DNA of 64,000 nt from Candidatus Doudnabacteria bacterium. Lineage in GTDB: Bacteria > Patescibacteriota > JAQUNI01. The notes beneath the pieces are model-generated. The model was not told the origin of the DNA and ran no database searches. It saw only the letters and a program-made list of their open reading frames with translations. This document shows, one piece after another, positions 58,401-64,000 of the stretch. The DNA lies in the NCBI GenBank assembly GCA_041644975.1, contig JBAZQX010000005.1, positions 13,068-77,067 of the forward strand, given 5' to 3'. Position 1 is the stretch's first letter. Each line of letters starts with the position of its first letter. A program made the position numbers and the translations under genes.

Positions 58401-58497
58401 CATTGGCGAAAATAAAATAAAGATTGATTTTGAGGATTTAGGGGAAAAATGGGTTTGCGAATTAAAAGAGAGTTTAAAAATATTAAAAAGGCAGTAG
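55459..58497 (+). CDS. mfd: Transcription-repair coupling factor
   Basis: VHIDHGIG, CGDVGFGKT, DEEQRFG, QIRGRIGR and RDLEIRG motifs. Confidence 0.96.
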   Translation: MTKIEYWTGVPQTAKPYVIATSPLTRKGAVLLCTKNPKTWLTQIQFWQKNLNAVEAGLKPVSAILESNADVLIKNYPVFSRLKDKEPMLVLAQTEILAQKFPSPKELESKSLRLTAGQTLNLPKLIGFLLSAHYQKERAAHSPGAFAKRGGIIDIFPLLKDHLIRLELFGNKLESIKIINNNKIIEQPNNVTIPPLKVANPTGTILDWLPSLVTIILDEPEPESKERLKKFPLIVFEAFPCAGPENVVRFSFQNPPLALGNLQTLNNTLQQFRKKKYQIFIASKKLPAIETGFEPVSAMITPFSLSAGFQNQKAKIIVFTDTEIFGFRKQKRRERRFQMDAEPLNALTPGMYIVHIDHGIGRFAGMVQKEIDHLVREYFCLEYAYSDKLFLPIDQADKITRYIGRENPVIHRLHGGIWYQIKKQVQVDAKKIAAELLKIQASRQTEKGFIFTPDTPRQSTLEASFPYSETQDQEKAICEVKADMESARPMDRLICGDVGFGKTEVAIRAAFKACENKKQVALLAPTTILAQQHFDTFKERLQSLNVRIGLLSRFQSKKRQKQTLKDLKRGKIDIVIGTHRLLSRDVYFFNLGLIIIDEEQRFGVRHKEKLKSLRPNLDILTLSATPIPRTLNFTLSGLRDISSIQTAPAGRKAIKTYVHIAENKLIRKAIRRELEREGQVYYLYNKVETILPFAKKIQKLVPEAKIDVAHGQMNERDLTRVMRQFDEGKIQILIATTIIENGLDLPNVNTLIVDNAPQFGLSQLYQIRGRIGRGIRQAYAYFFYHQEKLPAAASKRLEALLSMQELGSGFNIAMRDLEIRGSGNILGREQSGDVNSIGLYLYTKLLAQAIQEFKTGKVPEPILEVSIDLPLPARLPQPFIPAEKKRLSLYHQLSGINTFADLRCIKHKIEKTYGPLPKEVRNLFKILKIKILARAARIKAIDTIKVWGIDGKSRQRIILDFAEKMDWDKVDELLKHNPHWIIGENKIKIDFEDLGEKWVCELKESLKILKRQ

Positions 58498-58628
58498 AAA
58501 CAGGTTTAAAAATCTGTCTCTACATCTACAATGCGGCAGATATTTTTTTAAATAAGTTATGTGGCTTTATGTTGAAAAAAAATCTAAAAAATTTTTAACT
58601 TTTAATTTTAAATTTTTAATTTATTTAC

Positions 58629-58988
58629 ATGGGCATTCAAGTTGAATTTAACCCCGACCTTGCTTTAAGAAATATTTCTGAATACAAAAAAGGCAATCGC
58701 AAACGCGAAGAATGCATCCCTCCAAATCTTCAGGTAAAAAAAATCTATTCCTTTCTCAAAAAAGGTCAAAGAAATTATTGGCTTTTCGGTGAAATCCCGC
58801 TTATCGAGACCAAGGGCGATGAGGTTCTCTCCCGCCCTAAAGCAAGTATTATTATTCTGAAAGCCACCCATTTTTTAAAAAATGGCGAGGTCTACACTAA
58901 AGGGAAATATAAAGTCACCGCGGTATTTCAGGATAATGAAATACATTTTGAAGGACTAAATAAACTAAACAAGAAAAAAATAAAATGA
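58629..58988 (+). CDS. Conserved-looking hypothetical protein
   Basis: 119-aa ORF coupled to dprA by an ATGA overlap. Confidence 0.7.
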   Translation: MGIQVEFNPDLALRNISEYKKGNRKREECIPPNLQVKKIYSFLKKGQRNYWLFGEIPLIETKGDEVLSRPKASIIILKATHFLKNGEVYTKGKYKVTAVFQDNEIHFEGLNKLNKKKIK

Positions 58989-60079
58989 CCACTGACGCGA
59001 GATACTACCACGCCTTCAATTTGATTCCCAACATCGGGCCATTAAAGTTTAAAAAGCTTATTGCTTATTTTTCGGATTTAGAAAAAGCCTGGTTCGCGCC
59101 CTGCGCGGAAATCATCAGAAGCGGCATTTCGGAGGAAGTGAGCCAAAGAATCTGCGCGGAACGCCAGCGCATCAATCCTGAAACGGAATGGCAAAAATTA
59201 ACAGCGCAGGGGCTTCAAGCCATCACCATTCAAGATAAGGATTATCCCCCTCTCCTCAAAGAAACTTATGACCCGCCGGCAATCTTGTATCTGCGTGGTC
59301 AAATTACAAATCCCAACCAAACCTCTTTAAGCGTAGTCGGCACGCGCAAACCCACATCTTACGGCCGAGAAGTAACATTTCAACTGGTAGGTCTGCTTGT
59401 CCAAGCCCAAATCACCATCGTTTCCGGATTGGCTTTGGGCATTGACGCCCTTAGCCACCAAGCCTGTTTGAATTTTGGCGGCTACACCATTGCGGTTTTG
59501 GGCGGAGGCGTAGACGATCCTTCAATTTATCCACGGGCGAATTGGCAGCTTGCCCAAAACATTATCCAAAAAGGCGGCGCTCTGGTCTCCGAATACCCGC
59601 CCGGCACCAAACCGTTAAAACAAAACTTTCCGCAACGCAACCGCATTATCTCTGGTCTCTCTAAAGGAGCTCTGATTATTGAAGCAGGCGAAAAAAGCGG
59701 CACTTTAATTACCGCGCGCGCCGCTTTAGAACAAAACCGCGAAGTCTTCGCCGTGCCCGGCTCCATTTATAACCCTTGTTCGCGCGGGACTAATTACTTG
59801 ATTAAAATAGGCGCTAAACTGGTAACGAATATCCAAGATATTTTAGAAGAATTGAATTTAAGTGTCTTACAGGAAATCCCGAGAAATCAAAAAATCACCC
59901 CCGATAATCCCGAAGAAGCTTTGGTACTGCAACATCTTTCCGGCGAGCCAATTTACATTGACGAATTAGCCAAAAAAACAAAACTCGCGCCGGCTAAGAT
60001 ATCCACAACATTGACAATCTTAGAAATGAAAGGTATTGTTCGCAATATTGGAAGCGCGAATTATGTGATAGCAAGGTAA
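58985..60079 (+). CDS. dprA: DNA-processing protein DprA
   Basis: VGTR, VSGLALGID, FPQRNRIISG and SGTLITA motifs. Confidence 0.96.
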   Translation: MTTDARYYHAFNLIPNIGPLKFKKLIAYFSDLEKAWFAPCAEIIRSGISEEVSQRICAERQRINPETEWQKLTAQGLQAITIQDKDYPPLLKETYDPPAILYLRGQITNPNQTSLSVVGTRKPTSYGREVTFQLVGLLVQAQITIVSGLALGIDALSHQACLNFGGYTIAVLGGGVDDPSIYPRANWQLAQNIIQKGGALVSEYPPGTKPLKQNFPQRNRIISGLSKGALIIEAGEKSGTLITARAALEQNREVFAVPGSIYNPCSRGTNYLIKIGAKLVTNIQDILEELNLSVLQEIPRNQKITPDNPEEALVLQHLSGEPIYIDELAKKTKLAPAKISTTLTILEMKGIVRNIGSANYVIAR

Positions 60080-60212
60080 ATTTTAAATTCTAAATTTTAA
60101 ATCAAATCCAAATTTGAATTTCTTAATTTTAAAACTTTTTTTTCTTTGTCTTAAAATTTAAAATTCAAGCATTTAAAATTGATTTAAAATTAAAAATTTA
60201 GAATTTAAAATT
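60079..60212. repeat. AT-rich inverted microrepeat hairpin between dprA and topA
   Basis: AATTTTAAATTCTAAATTTT...AAAATTTAGAATTTAAAATT terminal inverted repeat. Confidence 0.75.
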
Positions 60213-60217
60213 ATTAT

Positions 60218-62461
60218 ATGAGGAACCTCGTCATCGTTGAATCTCCCACCAAAGCGAACACAATTTCGCGTTTCTTGGGTCCGGGGTATAAAGTAGAGTC
60301 CTCGTATGGTCATATCCGCGATTTACCCCAAAAAAAACTTGGCGTGAATACGCGTAAAAATTTTGAACCCGAATATGTGATCGTGCCTCGTGCGAAGAAA
60401 ATAGTCAAAAAACTCAAAGACCTCGCTGACCGAGCAAACAAGGTGTATCTCGCCACTGATGAAGATCGGGAAGGCGAAGCGATTGCTTGGCACTTAAAAA
60501 AAGCTCTGGGATTGAAAGAAAAAAATACCCAAAGAATCGCTTTTCACGAAATTACCAAAGGAGCGATTCTTTCCGCCCTGAAAAAACCTCGCGAGATTAA
60601 CCTCGCTCTCGTTGACGCGCAACAGGCGCGGCGGATTTTGGACCGCCTCGTCGGTTACAAACTTTCCCCCTTCTTGTGGCGCAAGGTGGCAAGAGGTCTT
60701 TCCGCGGGCAGAGTGCAATCCGTGACCGTGCGCCTTGTTTGCGAACGAGAAAAAGAAATTCAAAAGTTTAAGCCGCAAGAATACTGGACAATTATCGCTT
60801 CGTTGCTGAAAAAGAATCCGCGCGCGGAAGAGCAAGCTTTAGATAAAAGCGGGCAGGAATTTAAAGCGACATTAATACGAAACGGTGAAACAATCATCCC
60901 TAGATTAGGTATCAATACCAAAAAGGAAGCGGATAAAATTTTGCAAGATTTAAAAAATGCCGTCTATAAAGTAGCGAACATCACCAAAAAAGAAATCCGG
61001 AGAAAACCGTTCGCGCCTTTTACCACTTCCACTCTCCAGCAAGCGGCGGCTCAACATTTTGGCTTTTCAACAAAGTTCACTATGCGGCTCGCCCAAACGC
61101 TTTATGAAGGAGTTAAAATTGGCGAAAAAGAAGCGACGGGCTTAATCACCTATATGCGCACGGATTCCACCAATCTGGCAATGAAAGCGGTAAAAGAAAT
61201 CCGTAAGGTAATTGAAAAAAAACTCGGGGCGTCTTATCTGCCTCAAAAACCTTGTTTTTATAAAACCAAAACAAAATCTGCCCAAGAAGCGCACGAGGCG
61301 ATCCGACCCACGATTCCAAGCCTCCAACCGGAAAAAATCAAAGACTACCTAGACCCGCGCCAATATAAACTTTATGAATTGATTTGGAAACGCGCCATCG
61401 CCTGTCAAACGAAAGAAGCGGTTATTGACGCTACGACCGTGGATATTCAGGCAAAAAAATATTTGTTTCGGGCTACGGGGGCGGTAATTAAGTTTGATGG
61501 CTTCTTAAAAATCTATCCTGCCTCCGCCGCTGAAACTTACCTGCCCAAGCTGGAAGAAAACGAAATTCTTAGCCTATCCCGATTGACATCGGATCAGCAC
61601 TTTACCGAACCGCCGGCGCGCTACAACGAAGCGACACTCGTCCGCGCCTTGGAAAAATACGGCATTGGCCGTCCCTCCACATACGCGCCAATCATCTCCA
61701 CGATTCAGGACCGCGGCTATGTAAAAAAAATTGAAAAAAAATTTCACCCCCAAGAAATCGGCGTCGTGGTCAATGACCTTCTGGTGAAACATTTCCCTAA
61801 AATTGTGGATATTCATTTTACCGCCAAGATTGAAGATGAACTGGACGAAATTGCGAATCAAAAAAAAGAATGGGTGCCGGTGGTGCGGGAAGTCTATAAT
61901 CCCTTTATCAAAAATTTAAAAACCAAAGAAATGGAAATCTCCAAAAAAGAAATCACCGAGCAAAAAACCGACAAAAAATGCCCTGACTGCGGCAAGGCGA
62001 TGGTGGTGAAGCTCGGACGTTTTGGAAAATTTTTGGCTTGCACTGGTTATCCGGAGTGCAAACACACCGAGCCCTTAGGAGAGGAGAAAATTTTAGCGAA
62101 GGGACTTGCTGGCGGAAAATGCGAAAAGTGCGGTAAGGAAATGGTGATGCGCCAAGGACGCTTTGGACCTTTCCTCGCTTGTTCGGGTTACCCTGAATGC
62201 AAAAACATTAAACCCATTGTAAAAAAAACTGGTGTTTCCTGCCCCAAATGCGAAAAAGGTGAAATTATTGAAAAAAGAAGTAAAAGGGGGAGAACCTTCT
62301 ATGCCTGCAACCAGTACCCGAAATGCGAGTTTGCCCTCTGGAACAAACCCACCGGCAAAAAATGCCCCGAATGTGACAGTTTGCTTGTCTTTGGCAAGGA
62401 AAGCACCGCGGTCTGCAGCAACAAAGAATGTAAACACACCGAAAGCCAGGAAAAAGAATAA
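60218..62461 (+). CDS. topA: DNA topoisomerase I with C-terminal zinc ribbons
   Basis: VESP.K, DEDREGE, SAGRVQ, ITYMRTDS and C4 zinc fingers. Confidence 0.98.
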   Translation: MRNLVIVESPTKANTISRFLGPGYKVESSYGHIRDLPQKKLGVNTRKNFEPEYVIVPRAKKIVKKLKDLADRANKVYLATDEDREGEAIAWHLKKALGLKEKNTQRIAFHEITKGAILSALKKPREINLALVDAQQARRILDRLVGYKLSPFLWRKVARGLSAGRVQSVTVRLVCEREKEIQKFKPQEYWTIIASLLKKNPRAEEQALDKSGQEFKATLIRNGETIIPRLGINTKKEADKILQDLKNAVYKVANITKKEIRRKPFAPFTTSTLQQAAAQHFGFSTKFTMRLAQTLYEGVKIGEKEATGLITYMRTDSTNLAMKAVKEIRKVIEKKLGASYLPQKPCFYKTKTKSAQEAHEAIRPTIPSLQPEKIKDYLDPRQYKLYELIWKRAIACQTKEAVIDATTVDIQAKKYLFRATGAVIKFDGFLKIYPASAAETYLPKLEENEILSLSRLTSDQHFTEPPARYNEATLVRALEKYGIGRPSTYAPIISTIQDRGYVKKIEKKFHPQEIGVVVNDLLVKHFPKIVDIHFTAKIEDELDEIANQKKEWVPVVREVYNPFIKNLKTKEMEISKKEITEQKTDKKCPDCGKAMVVKLGRFGKFLACTGYPECKHTEPLGEEKILAKGLAGGKCEKCGKEMVMRQGRFGPFLACSGYPECKNIKPIVKKTGVSCPKCEKGEIIEKRSKRGRTFYACNQYPKCEFALWNKPTGKKCPECDSLLVFGKESTAVCSNKECKHTESQEKE

Positions 62462-62585
62462 ATTTTTACTGTGAAAATCTCTGGAATAATCTGCCAGGGA
62501 TTTTTATAATTAAAAAAACCTAGATTAAGATATACAAAAAAATCCTCATCTGGAGGATTTTCATTGGCTCTATAACTTCCTCTAA

Positions 62586-63449
62586 TTATTTTACTTTGTC
62601 AAGAATCCCCTCCAATTCCTCATCGGAATAAAATTCAATAGTGATCCTTCCCACTCTGCCATCGCGGGAAACTTTAACCCGCGTGCCCAAAGCCTCTTGC
62701 AAAAGTTCTTCCGCTTCCACCAAGCTTGGGTCTTTGGCTTTAATCTCACGAAGATGCCTTTTCACCGTCACTTTTTTTAAAATCTCTTCGGTTTTGCGCA
62801 CGGACAAACTATCTTGAACAATCTTTTTATACAGCCCTAGTTGTTTCTCGGGATTAGCAAGACCTAAAATTAGTTTAGCGTGACCTTCCGAAATCTTTTC
62901 TTCTTTGATTCCTTTTTGAATTTCTATGGGTAAGTCTAAAAGCCGCAGAATATTCGTAATCGTGCTTCTATTCTTCCCCACTCTTTTTGCAACCTCGTTC
63001 TGGACTAAACCAAATTTCTGAATCAAAGACCGATAACCTTCCGCTTCTTCAATGGGGTTTAAATCTTCGCGCTGCACATTTTCAATAATACTCATCTCTA
63101 GATTATCGCTTTCTTTGCCCGCGTGGATCGCTACCGGCACCCTCTTTAATCCCGCAAGGCGCGCCGCTTCCAGACGCCGCTGTCCCGCGATGAGTTCATA
63201 GTTCCCGTTAATAATCAAAGGCTGCAGGATGCCGTGGGCTTTAATGGAACTTGCGAGCTCCAAAAGTTTCTCCTGGTTAATCTCCTTGCGCGGCTGATTC
63301 GGGTTGGGCTTAATTTCCGAAATCAGAACCTCATCGGCTCGCACTTCCGTTTTTGAATTCTGGACTGATTTTCTGATAGAAATATTAGGGATTAAAGCAG
63401 AGAGTCCCCTGCCTAGACCAATGTGGGGCATAATTTTATATGGAATCAA
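62586..63449 (-). CDS. parB: Chromosome partition protein ParB/Spo0J
   Basis: GLGRGL, PNQPR, AGQRR and ENVQREDL motifs. Confidence 0.96.
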   Translation of the reverse strand: MIPYKIMPHIGLGRGLSALIPNISIRKSVQNSKTEVRADEVLISEIKPNPNQPRKEINQEKLLELASSIKAHGILQPLIINGNYELIAGQRRLEAARLAGLKRVPVAIHAGKESDNLEMSIIENVQREDLNPIEEAEGYRSLIQKFGLVQNEVAKRVGKNRSTITNILRLLDLPIEIQKGIKEEKISEGHAKLILGLANPEKQLGLYKKIVQDSLSVRKTEEILKKVTVKRHLREIKAKDPSLVEAEELLQEALGTRVKVSRDGRVGRITIEFYSDEELEGILDKVK

Positions 63450-63472
63450 AAATTATAGATTAGGTGAAGATT

Positions 63473-64000
63473 TTAATTCATGATTCCTGATTCATTATTC
63501 AAACTAATTATTTCTTGCGCCAGATGTTTGTATGCTCGCGCGCCCTTGCAGAGAGGTTCATAATTTAAAATTGCCTGACCAAAGCTCGGCGCTTCAGCCA
63601 GCCGCACGTTTCTTGGAACAATGGTTTCAAATACTTTGCCGGGAAAATTTCTCTGCACCTCGCGCACCACGTCATTGGCAATGCGTGTTTTTTTGTCCCG
63701 CATCGTAAGCACCACTCCCAAAATATTCAAACTGGGATTCAAATTCTTCTGCACTAAATCAATAGTGTATAAAAGTTGGGAAAGTCCTTCTAGGGCATAA
63801 TACTCGCACTGCACGGGAATAACGACGCTGTCCGCCGCCGTGAGCGCGTTCACGGTCAAAATTCCCAAAGAAGGCGGCGAGTCAATCATCACGTAATCAT
63901 AATCCCCTTTAAGCGGGGTTAAAACTTTTTTCAATAAAAATTCTCGGTCAGGCAAGCTGACCAATTCTACAGCCGCGCCGGCCAAATCCGGCGAAGCTGG
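63473..64000 (-). CDS. parA: ParA/Soj ATPase, 5' end outside the window
   Basis: DSPPSLG, PVQCEYYALEG and PRNVRLAEAPS motifs. Confidence 0.95.
   Translation of the reverse strand, partial: PASPDLAGAAVELVSLPDREFLLKKVLTPLKGDYDYVMIDSPPSLGILTVNALTAADSVVIPVQCEYYALEGLSQLLYTIDLVQKNLNPSLNILGVVLTMRDKKTRIANDVVREVQRNFPGKVFETIVPRNVRLAEAPSFGQAILNYEPLCKGARAYKHLAQEIISLNNESGIMN

Larger units (their letters stand above)
7684..58524. repeat. Dispersed GTAG-type REP family GTAGAGAC...GTCTCTAC (span of copies)
   Basis: Copies at about 7684, 9186, 9294, 21244, 33984, 36578, 55618, 56323 and 58494. Confidence 0.8.

Overview
A 64 kb chromosomal window, probably from a Patescibacteria/CPR (Parcubacteria-like) bacterium. 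This is inferred from gene content (ComEC pair, VirD4-like ATPase, four-helix-bundle gene, ftsA-ftsZ, mfd-dprA-topA, parAB) and from dense small palindromic repeats. The left part is accessory: a B12-riboswitch-led cobamide salvage operon (cobC-cobU-cobT-cobS-PP-loop ATPase-btuF), an ABC-2 exporter, a CYTH/methyltransferase/ASCH-NUDIX operon and a copper cluster under a BlaI/BlaR1-like pair. Next come three consecutive transcription units, each with an unannotated leader peptide and terminator/antiterminator; one leader is aromatic-rich (before a GshA-like ligase) and one is Leu-rich (before a stand-alone LeuA allosteric domain). An SPFH operon follows. The middle holds a class III RNR locus with an intein and a separate glycyl-radical ORF, with a PIN-like plus proteasome-like gene pair inserted upstream of nrdR. 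The right part is mostly housekeeping. The most unusual signal is a four-helix-bundle (IVP/Avd-like) gene bracketed by inverted heptamer arms, a gene-less copy of those arms before ftsZ, and related inverted-microrepeat hairpins at many operon junctions. I saw no rRNA, tRNA, CRISPR array or reverse transcriptase. All calls are by eye, without database searches.
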